In this document: piece after piece, positions 43,976-53,365 of the stretch
How positions within the stretch are numbered: the stretch's first letter is position 1
Layout: the number at the start of each line of letters is the position of its first letter
Source: a virus
Taxonomy: Duplodnaviria; Caudoviricetes
Reading direction: 5' to 3' (one strand)
DNA length: 53,365 nucleotides
Virus record (IMG/VR): IMGVR_UViG_3300020183_005383
Location: 1 to 53,365 of that record
Position numbers and translations under genes: made by a program
Notes under the pieces: generated by a model
The model's database searches: none
Told to the model about the DNA's origin: nothing
Seen by the model: only the letters and a program-made list of their open reading frames with translations

Positions 43976-46900
43976 GTGGGAAGTCCTTTAGATTTTGTAA
44001 GTTCAGACGGTTTCAGAAAAAGGCTCATAACCAGAAACCTTACACCGTATGCTAAAGCACCAAGTAGACCGACGCTCCCCATAAATGTAGAATACGTTCA
44101 GTCAGATACCTCCGTACAAGATAGTCCCGACAAGTTAATTGACGAACCATCTTTTGCTAATCAACTTTATCCACTTAACCAGTACGGAAATGAAGGTGGA
44201 TATAAACAAGCACCTGACCCAAATGCACTACTTAACTCTAAATCAAATGAAGGGGAGTACGGAATACAAGATGCAAGGATAATTGACGAAGCTTTACCCG
44301 AATCACAAAAGTGGAAACCACTCAACACTTTTTCAGACGGTAATCAATTACAAATTGACGGAGCTGAGTTCATATCAAGTTTAAATCGACCAGCAGGATA
44401 CTCCAACAGATTCAATAACCAACCATATCCACAGTTCGTTTATTCAAGTTATGGTCCCGTTTCAATTCTATTATCTCCTGACCCACAGGGTAGTAACGGG
44501 CTATTGAGTAGGGACTCATTTATTGCTAAATTGGGTGCAGCGACTCTTAGAGATTTATTCCAAAAAAGAATCGCAACGCAGATTGTGAGAAAAACGGTTG
44601 GAAGAGTTAACGCGTTCAATGTAAGAGGAGGAACAGATGTTTTAAGTATTGTAACAGGAAGAGTTCCAATTATAGAACCAAATTACCAAATCACAATTCC
44701 TGCTAACCCGATAATTGCGGCGACAGATTTTGCTTTGAGACTTGCCGGAAGTACAATCCCTATATCACCAATTCCAGGAAACTACTTTGACCCTAACACA
44801 TCACTTATACAACCTACGACAATCCAACAAATGACTAACGCGTTTAGAAAGTCTGGTGTCGGTAAGTTTTTCAATAGATTGTTGGGTGGTGGGCAGACAG
44901 GTTCACAAATCATGTATAATAACATGGGTGGTGGACAAAAGTCACGTTTATTCAATAATATAAATTATAATAGATACAAACCTAGTCTGGACCGAACTTT
45001 GTTTGACAGAGTTGTAGGTGCATTAGTAGGTTCTACAACAAACAACGCAAACTATTATATAGGTAGTTTGAGCTCCGACCCCTCGAGAGTTTTTTCACCA
45101 GCAGGTGATATACCTGTTAATTCATATGGTATTGAACAACAGTCACCTGTATATGGTCCTTCAGAACTTGCTCAACTGTATGAGGGTCCAAGTAAAGAAG
45201 TAAGACTCGGTGCGAACGGTCCAATTTACTCTGATGGTGGTGGTATTGAAGGTGGTTTTACTTGGGTGTCAAAAAAATACAAAGGTAATGCAGGAAAAAC
45301 AGTCGGTATAAATGGTGAAATCGTTAACCAAGATGAAGATTTTAGACCATCCTCATACAACACCACAGAATCAACGAACCTTGAATATACCCAAGGGTCT
45401 ATATTAGATGACACGCAGAGAATTATTGATAGCCAACCACAGGGAGGTAAAAGACTTCAACATGTGGGTAACGCAATTGACCAAGTTTCAAAAGTATTCA
45501 ACGATGGTTATAAAGAACTTACCAAAGGTTCAAGAGTTTACAAATATGTTGGAGAAATAGGGCAAGAAGTAGGAACTGAATATTGTAGAGTTTTTGCTAA
45601 AGATATACCTTACTTACAGTATAATGATTTACAAAAGACAGATGGTGTAGTCACAGAGGGTAGAAGATTTTCTTATTCTGTTTTAGATAAAACTTATAAC
45701 CTTAACATTGCACCAAACAAGCAAGAGGGAGGACAAGATTCCTCAAATCTTATTAACGGACCTGGAGGTTCTAGCACTAACGCCGCGTATGCAAAGAAAT
45801 ATATGTTCTCACTCGAAAACCTTGCTTGGAGAACATCCTCAACAGCAGGATTTTCTGTAAATGATTTACCAATATGTGAAAGAGGGCCTAACGGTGGTAG
45901 GGTTATGTGGTTCCCTCCTTACGGTTTAAGTTTCAATGAGAGTTCTAGTACAAACTGGAAAACAAACGATTTCTTAGGAAGACCCGAACCAATATATACT
46001 TACAACAATACATCAAGGTCAGGACAGCTTCAGTGGAAGATAGTTGTGGACCACCCTTCGGTTCTGAATGTTATCGTTAATAAGGTATTAGCTAAAGAAA
46101 CAAACAAAAATAGAGTTGATAGTATTTTAGAATCATTTTTTGCTGGTTGTAGAAAATATGATTTATATGAACTAGCAAAAAAATACTACACAATAAATCC
46201 TAACGACCTCTATCAATTACAACAGGCAATCAGTTCAAAAGAGCTTACAAGAAACCAATTACAAGCCGTAATTGCAAATCAACAAACGGGGAATAATTCT
46301 CCAAATGGTGCGACAAATCCAACACAAGGAAACGCAAGTGCAAACCCATTTGAAAAATATTATAACAACGCCCTTTACTTCGAAAACGACTTTCCGAAAA
46401 AGACAGGACCTTTGGATTATAATGCTCTCTATAAACAATATATTTCTGATGCGAACATCACATCATACGAGAAAAAAAGTCCGAGTACCGCAGCGTCAAC
46501 AAAAAACTTTTTTGAAAAAGTAGTTAAACCAAATAAAGACAAGTTTGACGAAATGGCTAAAGAATTGATTAAAGAACTTAATCAGGCCGAGTCGGGCTCA
46601 GTTACCGTAGTGTTGAATGCGAGTGCTTCAGCCCCAGCAACAATTGCTTACAATAAGGAACTTTCTGTGAGAAGAGTTTCTTCGGCAAGAGAATTCTTCA
46701 ATGGATATACAGAATTAAAAAAATATATTAACGGTAGTGACCCAAAGAAACTTATTTTCCAACAAGACGGACAATTAGGTGAACAAGCACAAGTTAAACA
46801 ATATGATGAAAAGGGTAATGAGGTTGCAGGTAAAACGGTATCATGTACAGATTCCGACCCACAAGCGGTTGGAGGTGATGTTTCGGTTAAGGCGAATGAA

Positions 46901-49042
46901 GTATACACTACGAACGCTATGGCTTGTAGGAGGGCATTCATTCTTCGAGTCGAATATAAATTGAATCAACCCACTAATCCCCCACCACCAGGAAATAAAC
47001 AAAATCCGATAGGAAATGTTGTACCGTCAACAACTAGAACCCCACCACCTGAAGACCAATTGGTTCCAAGAGACAATATTACAAAAAGAATATTAAGAGC
47101 CCTTTTATCGGAGTGTGATTACTTTGAGACCATCAAGGAAGAGACTCCAATGGTGTATGACAATTTGAAAGACAAATTGAAGTTTTTTCAACCAGCGTTT
47201 CACTCAATTACACCAGAGGGTTTAAATTCACGATTGACATTCTTACAACAATGTATGAGACCTGGGCAAACGATACCAACCATTAAAGACTCGGGAGAAG
47301 GTTTTACTTCGTTGGAATATAATAATGCAACCAACACAGCCTTCGGTTCTCCACCTGTTTTAGTGTTGAGGGTAGGTGATTTTTATAACACGAAAATTCT
47401 TCCTGATAGTCTACAATTAAGTTATGAAAACTTAGATATAAATCCAGAAGGGATTGGTATTCAACCAATGATTGCGACTGTTACATTAAACTTCAAGTTT
47501 GTTGGAGGAAGCGGACTTAAAACCTCTATCGACAAACTACAAAACGCCTTGACCTTCAATTACTATGCAAATACTGAAATGTATGATGACAGAGCAGATG
47601 TTACTGATTCAAGTTATAAGGTTATAGATGCAGATTTCTTGAAGACGGGATTGGGTACCGCACCTCCATCAAATAATCAAGCAAATATAAACGGTAGAGA
47701 TAATGACAACACAATCGGTACAATTACCGGCATAGTACTTTCGGGAACCACAGGACAAACTGAAGATACGGGCACGATTCAGTATACAGACTTTATGACC
47801 AAAGCCTTGGAGACCACGCAAACGTATTTCCAAAATATTGTTAATAAAAATAAAGAGATTGTCAGACAATACAATAATGGAGTACGTCAACAATGGATGA
47901 CAGAACGAAACTATGTCAAAGGTAATTTGGTAACAAATACCGAAGATATACCTTTATTTGGTAAACCAAACAATGTCCAACAAAGGTTCGATGCGATTTT
48001 TGCTAAGTTTATAGAGGAAATAGATAATAATTCTGATGGGTTTTTACAATATATTAATGCCGGAAATAATAATTTTAGTCCGACATTCTTGTCAATAGTT
48101 AAGACTAATTACAAAAATTATGTTAATAACATCAAAGGTTCCTATCAGAATGCTATAACAGGAATAATTCAAAGCACGGTTCAACAAGAACAAGGTTTGA
48201 TTAATGTTTTTGCAAAAATGAACGTAATCACGTTCAACGCAGAATCACCGAAAAACACAGGTACAGATGGATTCCAATTTAATAAAGGTCCCGTTAAGAT
48301 TTATAATATCAGTGGTACCACAAAGGTGAGTTCCACACCTCTCGGAGCAACAGATACATTCACGGAATTGAAAAATGACATTAAAAAAATGGGAGATGAT
48401 ATGGTTGCTTTTAATACCGCAACTACTACGACCAGTAAGTTTGTATTCACAGGAGATAAAAAAAGTTACGAAGGAACTTTGGTATTTCCAATCTCACCTA
48501 ATGACGGAAAACAAAGTGGTGCGGATAAACTTACCGTAGATAACGTATTCTTTCCATTTTCTACCGATTCGAAGTTCACAAGTAACAATTTTAGAAGAGA
48601 ATATTTTGTCCTTGCTCAGACAATTATAGATGAAACAAAATATCAAGATTTCAAAAACAAACTTATAGGTCCACAATTTTTCCAAACTGCACAAGTCCCG
48701 GTTACAAGTCAAAGGGTATTTGAAAAGTTTTTCGATGAGTATTGGATTAAGACTTGTAGAAAACTATTCAAACAAGAGAACGACATAACTTTACAGTTTA
48801 TCGACAACTTAGAAAAAGGAAGATTGAAAAAATTTGTAATTTATACTCCGTTTACAAAAAAAACAAGAGAGTTAACATTTACCACGGCTAGTTCTGCGAG
48901 TGACTCAAACAAATCCGCACAAAAAACTTTAATTACTCAGTTGGGCTCGACAATCAACATAAACACCAGTACAAATACTTGGAATGATAAACCTAACGGA
49001 GGAGTGCCTCTTCAGTACGTATCCAAGTCTAAATTGAATTAA
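43976..49042 (+). CDS. Very large baseplate hub / tube-initiator-like protein with internal OmpA-like domain
   Basis: RYMFS.ENLAW-like and WFPPY...F.E....W....LGR.EPIYTY..T.R segments, PPVLVLRVGDFYNTKI; internal LYFENDFP..ASAS...YN..LS.RR...RR. GTG start. Confidence 0.7.
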   Translation: MGSPLDFVSSDGFRKRLITRNLTPYAKAPSRPTLPINVEYVQSDTSVQDSPDKLIDEPSFANQLYPLNQYGNEGGYKQAPDPNALLNSKSNEGEYGIQDARIIDEALPESQKWKPLNTFSDGNQLQIDGAEFISSLNRPAGYSNRFNNQPYPQFVYSSYGPVSILLSPDPQGSNGLLSRDSFIAKLGAATLRDLFQKRIATQIVRKTVGRVNAFNVRGGTDVLSIVTGRVPIIEPNYQITIPANPIIAATDFALRLAGSTIPISPIPGNYFDPNTSLIQPTTIQQMTNAFRKSGVGKFFNRLLGGGQTGSQIMYNNMGGGQKSRLFNNINYNRYKPSLDRTLFDRVVGALVGSTTNNANYYIGSLSSDPSRVFSPAGDIPVNSYGIEQQSPVYGPSELAQLYEGPSKEVRLGANGPIYSDGGGIEGGFTWVSKKYKGNAGKTVGINGEIVNQDEDFRPSSYNTTESTNLEYTQGSILDDTQRIIDSQPQGGKRLQHVGNAIDQVSKVFNDGYKELTKGSRVYKYVGEIGQEVGTEYCRVFAKDIPYLQYNDLQKTDGVVTEGRRFSYSVLDKTYNLNIAPNKQEGGQDSSNLINGPGGSSTNAAYAKKYMFSLENLAWRTSSTAGFSVNDLPICERGPNGGRVMWFPPYGLSFNESSSTNWKTNDFLGRPEPIYTYNNTSRSGQLQWKIVVDHPSVLNVIVNKVLAKETNKNRVDSILESFFAGCRKYDLYELAKKYYTINPNDLYQLQQAISSKELTRNQLQAVIANQQTGNNSPNGATNPTQGNASANPFEKYYNNALYFENDFPKKTGPLDYNALYKQYISDANITSYEKKSPSTAASTKNFFEKVVKPNKDKFDEMAKELIKELNQAESGSVTVVLNASASAPATIAYNKELSVRRVSSAREFFNGYTELKKYINGSDPKKLIFQQDGQLGEQAQVKQYDEKGNEVAGKTVSCTDSDPQAVGGDVSVKANEVYTTNAMACRRAFILRVEYKLNQPTNPPPPGNKQNPIGNVVPSTTRTPPPEDQLVPRDNITKRILRALLSECDYFETIKEETPMVYDNLKDKLKFFQPAFHSITPEGLNSRLTFLQQCMRPGQTIPTIKDSGEGFTSLEYNNATNTAFGSPPVLVLRVGDFYNTKILPDSLQLSYENLDINPEGIGIQPMIATVTLNFKFVGGSGLKTSIDKLQNALTFNYYANTEMYDDRADVTDSSYKVIDADFLKTGLGTAPPSNNQANINGRDNDNTIGTITGIVLSGTTGQTEDTGTIQYTDFMTKALETTQTYFQNIVNKNKEIVRQYNNGVRQQWMTERNYVKGNLVTNTEDIPLFGKPNNVQQRFDAIFAKFIEEIDNNSDGFLQYINAGNNNFSPTFLSIVKTNYKNYVNNIKGSYQNAITGIIQSTVQQEQGLINVFAKMNVITFNAESPKNTGTDGFQFNKGPVKIYNISGTTKVSSTPLGATDTFTELKNDIKKMGDDMVAFNTATTTTSKFVFTGDKKSYEGTLVFPISPNDGKQSGADKLTVDNVFFPFSTDSKFTSNNFRREYFVLAQTIIDETKYQDFKNKLIGPQFFQTAQVPVTSQRVFEKFFDEYWIKTCRKLFKQENDITLQFIDNLEKGRLKKFVIYTPFTKKTRELTFTTASSASDSNKSAQKTLITQLGSTININTSTNTWNDKPNGGVPLQYVSKSKLN

Positions 49043-49368
49043 TGCCAAACTTTCCTTATTATAACAGATATAGTGAGTTCCTTATAAATGGAGAACAAAC
49101 AGTTGTGCCTTTTGTAAACATACCGCCAAAAGTCACAGATAAATCTTATATCTATAAAGTTGGGAGAAGTAGATTAGACCGAGTTTCACAAGAGTTCTAT
49201 AGTTCTCCTGTTTACAATTGGCTAATTCTACAAGCAAATCCTCAATTCGGAGGATTAGAGAATAATATCTATGATGGTGCTATCTTGATTATTCCATTCC
49301 CCTTACTACCATCTTTACAAGATTATAAGGCGGCAATAGAGAATTATTTTTATTATTATGGCAGGTAA
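49042..49368 (+). CDS. LysM-like baseplate wedge protein (gp53 / tail X-like)
   Basis: RLDRVSQEFYSSPVYNWLILQANP...G..L.IP. Confidence 0.78.
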   Translation: MPNFPYYNRYSEFLINGEQTVVPFVNIPPKVTDKSYIYKVGRSRLDRVSQEFYSSPVYNWLILQANPQFGGLENNIYDGAILIIPFPLLPSLQDYKAAIENYFYYYGR

Positions 49369-52300
49369 TATTCAAGCCGATAACAGCGGTAACATATTGG
49401 TAGAATTTGATTATAACAATATTATCGTAGTTGACCCAAACAAAACAATTGACGATTTCGGGAACGTTAATGAAAGATTGGTTGACCACGAAAAACTTGT
49501 TATGTATGCTAATTTAGAAGCTGATGTTTTACCTAGAACTAAGATGGCTGTTGGAGCAAGTGCTAATTCCACAGGGATACAGACAATATCTGTTGCAAAA
49601 ATCAATTTTCTAAAACCAACCAAAAACACTTATTTAGATACGGGGTACTACGACACACTCACAGGTCAAGACAGCACAAAAAAGGCAGGTACAAATCAAC
49701 CTCTTCAAATTGCTCAAAAGCAAATGAATGGACAACAACCGTATTTCCAAAACACAGTACAAAACCAAAACGATGTGATTGACCAAGGGTTGCTTGGAAT
49801 TACACAAATTAGTATGACCACAAATACTTCTTTTGTTCCTAATGTAAAAATTGAACTTGAAGATGTACAAGGAAGGGCGCTTTTTCAACTCGGGGAGGAC
49901 TCACCATACTCTGCTTTTTTTAACTTACCTTACCCCCAATTTTATCTTACTCTCAAAGGATACTACGGACAAGCGATAAGATATCAATTGCAATTGAAAG
50001 ACTTTAATTGTAGATTTAATAGTTTCAGTGGTAACTATCAAATCAGTTTACAATTTTTTGGATACAAGTTCAACATAATGGGTGAAATAAGTATGGCTCA
50101 TTTGTTGGCTCTACCTCACATGTATCCTGACACTGTTGAGTTGAAAAACATTCCAGCACAATTACAACAATCTGGTAAACAACAAGACTCTCAAACACAA
50201 GGAACCTTAGCAAAAGAGGCGTCCAATTCACAAACGGGTGTGGCTAAACAAATAGTCACAGAAAGAGGATACCAAAAAATTAGAGAAGTATATGCGGAGT
50301 ATAAATCCAAAGGTCTTATACCTCCCGATTTTCCCGAGTTGACAGTTGCTCAATTGATGGACAAATTAGAAAACTTTGAGAAAAACATATTGAATTCTTT
50401 TCCCCCTGTCAAATTGGAACCTCTAACTAATATCAGAGAGTATAAAAAACAGCTTACAACATATTTTAATGCCGTAAGAGGAGATTTACCATCATCTTGG
50501 TTTATCAAATATTGTGACACAAAGCCGATTGTTTTAAGTAACGACAATAGATATTATGTTTTCAAACGTGGTTTGAAAGAAGAGGAAAAGATAAACGCAA
50601 GAAGTGAATTACAAGCAATTATCACCGAGAATAATGGGATGTTGGCAAGAAACCCAACCCTTGGAACATCGGGTACTAATCCACTACGTAATCCAATCAC
50701 TTATAAAATGATTTCAAAAAGTGTTGACTTGAAAAGTATTGATTGGTATAAGACTACGTCCGCACAAACAGCAATTCCTTTAGAGAAATTAACACCTCAA
50801 CAAGTAGAAAAAATCAGAATTACTTATCCGACATTATTGGCGGGTGAACCAAAAATTGAAGAGGATGAAGAAACAGGTGCCCTACAAATAGAATTGAAAC
50901 CGCCCGATTTTTTCACTTTTGAGTTCAATACACAAGTAGGAACATTCAACGTACAGATACCAATTTTGGGACAAAGATTTGATGATGCAATAAATCTTCT
51001 TAAGGCAAACGCTCAAAACCAATTATCAAGTTATGAGGCACTGATAACGGCCGAGCTTGCTAAAAAAATTGAAGACACCGAAACAGGGATTGGTTTCAGA
51101 CCATCAGTTAGAAATATGGTTGCGGTAATTATGGCCTCTACAGATGCGTTCGTCAGACTCATGGACGATGTACACGTTAATGCTTGGAGCCAAAGAACAA
51201 ACCCAATTAGGAAAGATGTAATATTGAATAACCCCTCATCTGCGAAAAGTTCCGATAGTTACGACTACGTTGCGATAGCCCCGAACAGCTATATCACAAG
51301 AGAACAATTAAAAAATGCCGAGATACCGGTATACCCATGGCCACAATTTTTCGTAGAAACAAACGAAGATAAGAAAGGGCGTTTTCAACTTAAGTATTTG
51401 GGGGACCCTTCACTTGTGCAATATACGAGGGGTAACCTCTATACTGTTTGGCCGGAGGTTGAGTTTGTTGAAGAATATTTGAGAGGCATTAACCAAAAGT
51501 TCAACCCCCCTTTAGCGCCCGAGATACTGAAAAACCAAAACGATACTAATGAAGTTAACATTAACGCTATAGAATTTCCTCAGAGTGATATTGCTTACAT
51601 CACAAAAGAAGAGATAAGATTTTTATATGAGATTTGGGAAAGACAATTTATAACAAGTCATTATTCAGGATACAACAGAGCGATGAACAATCAATTTGAG
51701 GAACTTATAAAATTAAATACAGAAGTCGAAGTAAACAACATTGTCACGCAAATTGCATTGAACGCGGTTTTACTAAGTTTCACTTTGAAAAATTATAAGC
51801 TGACCTCTGCAAATTTTGAAGATAATTTGGAAAACGTTTCGAACGCGGGGAAAGGTAAATCATGGCAAACATTTATAAGAGACATATACGTAACCCCTTA
51901 CTTAAGAGTGGATACAGAAAACCCATTCAGTATATTATCGTTGGAAAATATAGGTAAGAATCCGTTGAACAATCCGAAAGTCGAGGCATTAGAACAATTA
52001 ATTAAAAATGTTCCCAACGCACCAAAAATTGTAGATACATATCCTTTTACAGATTATACGTGGGATTTGGGAAACCTTGCTAATTCAAGTATATCGAAAG
52101 ATGATTTGGTTTTCAAAGCATCAAGTACTTTAAAAGTATTCAAGGAACGAAATATTATTTCTAACTTTTCTGATTTAAATGATTTCATAACCAATAGACC
52201 TGTAACAAACTTCGGTTATCTGCTTTCTCAGAAAAATCCGACACCACAAAGTAGTTTTGTGATAAGTCAATTTTATCAAACAAGGTTGGCAGAACCTAAT

Positions 52301-53365
52301 AAGTTTCTTGCAACCGAAGGGGTGATAACTTCAACACCACCAAGTGGCTCACCCATACCTTTTTCATCAACAACCTCTATGTTGAATACTCCGTTTTTTG
52401 TTAACGCGATTCAAGAAGGTACTAACAACCAAAGGTCAAACGAAAGATACCCGTACGTCGCTGCGGCTTATCTATTCCTCAATTCATTACCTTTAGCTTC
52501 ACTAAGGGAGAGATATAAAACAGCCACAGACAGCAGTTTTAACGAACTCGATTACATTGCATCTTGTTTTAATAAGTTTGGAGCAATTCATAAAGTTCCT
52601 TATGCGTGGATTTTAAAGTTAGGTTCAATTTGGCACAGATATAAAACCTACAAGACTAACGGTAGAGATATTATTGGTAACGTTTGGAAAGGATTTGATT
52701 ATAAGAAAAACTATTACCCACCAACAAGTGATTTATCACACATATACAATTTCAAGTATAACAACCTCAATGTATCAATTACGGGGCAAACAATTGGACA
52801 ACAAACTTTGACTCAACAAGTTGGATTCTATCCACAATTGATTTCCGATTATTGTTATTTTGTTAATGGAGTAGATTTATATTCAGGGTACACTAACGAG
52901 GAGATACAAACAAGTATCAATGCTGGTGTCAGAATACACAATTATTCAACTTCAAACATTAATGGTGCAATTACGGACGGCAAATTTTATACCGAAAAAA
53001 CTTGGTCAGTAATTATACCCGAAGCAAACCTTTTCTTGGAACCAAATGTTTGTGACCCGAACAATAATTCATCGGCACCTGTATATTATATTTGTCCTTC
53101 ATTCGGTAGTAATGTGAATCAAGTGGTTGAGGAGTGTTTATCATTCCCCCCCTCTGGTTTGATAACGATACCAACCACACGCACACAGATGGCTGACAAC
53201 CAAAATATTTTCAATGGTAGTGTGAGATGTTTGTGGGGGGCTCCGAACTACGGATACTTTGATGTATCTCAGGCTGTCATTCCACCAACCGACGCTTACT
53301 TGAACCTCATCAACACAGGAAACACTCAATTCTCATTTTCGATTTTCGAAAAAGATTATTATTCA
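49358..53365 (+). CDS. Very large baseplate/tail protein, truncated by window end (at least 1336 codons)
   Basis: Absent from the track because it has no stop in the window. Starts MAGNIQADNSGNILVEFDYNNIIVVDPNK...LGITQI...VKIELEDVQGRALF...SPYSAFFNLPYPQFYLTLKGYYG; the same frame reads cleanly at the window end. I did not check every codon. Confidence 0.75.
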   Translation, partial: MAGNIQADNSGNILVEFDYNNIIVVDPNKTIDDFGNVNERLVDHEKLVMYANLEADVLPRTKMAVGASANSTGIQTISVAKINFLKPTKNTYLDTGYYDTLTGQDSTKKAGTNQPLQIAQKQMNGQQPYFQNTVQNQNDVIDQGLLGITQISMTTNTSFVPNVKIELEDVQGRALFQLGEDSPYSAFFNLPYPQFYLTLKGYYGQAIRYQLQLKDFNCRFNSFSGNYQISLQFFGYKFNIMGEISMAHLLALPHMYPDTVELKNIPAQLQQSGKQQDSQTQGTLAKEASNSQTGVAKQIVTERGYQKIREVYAEYKSKGLIPPDFPELTVAQLMDKLENFEKNILNSFPPVKLEPLTNIREYKKQLTTYFNAVRGDLPSSWFIKYCDTKPIVLSNDNRYYVFKRGLKEEEKINARSELQAIITENNGMLARNPTLGTSGTNPLRNPITYKMISKSVDLKSIDWYKTTSAQTAIPLEKLTPQQVEKIRITYPTLLAGEPKIEEDEETGALQIELKPPDFFTFEFNTQVGTFNVQIPILGQRFDDAINLLKANAQNQLSSYEALITAELAKKIEDTETGIGFRPSVRNMVAVIMASTDAFVRLMDDVHVNAWSQRTNPIRKDVILNNPSSAKSSDSYDYVAIAPNSYITREQLKNAEIPVYPWPQFFVETNEDKKGRFQLKYLGDPSLVQYTRGNLYTVWPEVEFVEEYLRGINQKFNPPLAPEILKNQNDTNEVNINAIEFPQSDIAYITKEEIRFLYEIWERQFITSHYSGYNRAMNNQFEELIKLNTEVEVNNIVTQIALNAVLLSFTLKNYKLTSANFEDNLENVSNAGKGKSWQTFIRDIYVTPYLRVDTENPFSILSLENIGKNPLNNPKVEALEQLIKNVPNAPKIVDTYPFTDYTWDLGNLANSSISKDDLVFKASSTLKVFKERNIISNFSDLNDFITNRPVTNFGYLLSQKNPTPQSSFVISQFYQTRLAEPNKFLATEGVITSTPPSGSPIPFSSTTSMLNTPFFVNAIQEGTNNQRSNERYPYVAAAYLFLNSLPLASLRERYKTATDSSFNELDYIASCFNKFGAIHKVPYAWILKLGSIWHRYKTYKTNGRDIIGNVWKGFDYKKNYYPPTSDLSHIYNFKYNNLNVSITGQTIGQQTLTQQVGFYPQLISDYCYFVNGVDLYSGYTNEEIQTSINAGVRIHNYSTSNINGAITDGKFYTEKTWSVIIPEANLFLEPNVCDPNNNSSAPVYYICPSFGSNVNQVVEECLSFPPSGLITIPTTRTQMADNQNIFNGSVRCLWGAPNYGYFDVSQAVIPPTDAYLNLINTGNTQFSFSIFEKDYYS

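Noticed and set aside
341-53329. Numerous 60-135 aa ORFs opposite or inside long genes, and possible tRNA/rRNA genes
   Set aside because: The ORFs overlap well-supported CDSs and have no motifs. Intergenic gaps are short and I saw no tRNA cloverleaf or rRNA-like sequence.
33784-53365. Extracellular contractile injection system or tailocin in a bacterial chromosome
   Set aside because: Head-joining neck genes, PolB, dUTPase and the absence of housekeeping genes favour a true phage, although capsid and terminase genes lie outside the window.

Overview
This AT-rich, gene-dense window is best explained as part of a large (jumbo/huge) contractile-tailed phage genome using the standard genetic code. 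1-13.2 kb (- strand): an operon-like array of soluble glycan synthesis and modification enzymes (DegT-type aminotransferase, Gmd, GT10, GT2, GT4, sugar C-methyltransferase, two FkbM and other SAM methyltransferases, a cupin), plus dUTPase and a stand-alone 3'-5' exonuclease. 13.2-15.8 kb: small hypothetical genes including a stand-alone WYL protein. 15.8-25.3 kb (+ strand): two Cys-rich, Thr/Pro (mucin-like) repeat proteins directly followed by a GT60-type polypeptide GlcNAc-transferase, a GT25 and two HtrL/YibB-like proteins. 25.7-33.8 kb: family B DNA polymerase, neck protein, an Fe/Mn SOD with a nuclease-like C-terminal extension, a SNF2 helicase and a SET-domain protein. 33.8 kb to end: neck, tail completion, sheath, tube, chaperone, tape measure and baseplate genes. 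The best candidate for an undescribed system is phage-encoded mucin-type protein O-glycosylation of virion surface proteins. Other observations are a candidate +1 UUU_CG frameshift in the tail chaperone, a recurrent strand-oriented TATTTAT upstream motif, signs of domain shuffling through PT linkers, and several unusual fusions. All family calls come from motif recognition by eye; no database search was run.
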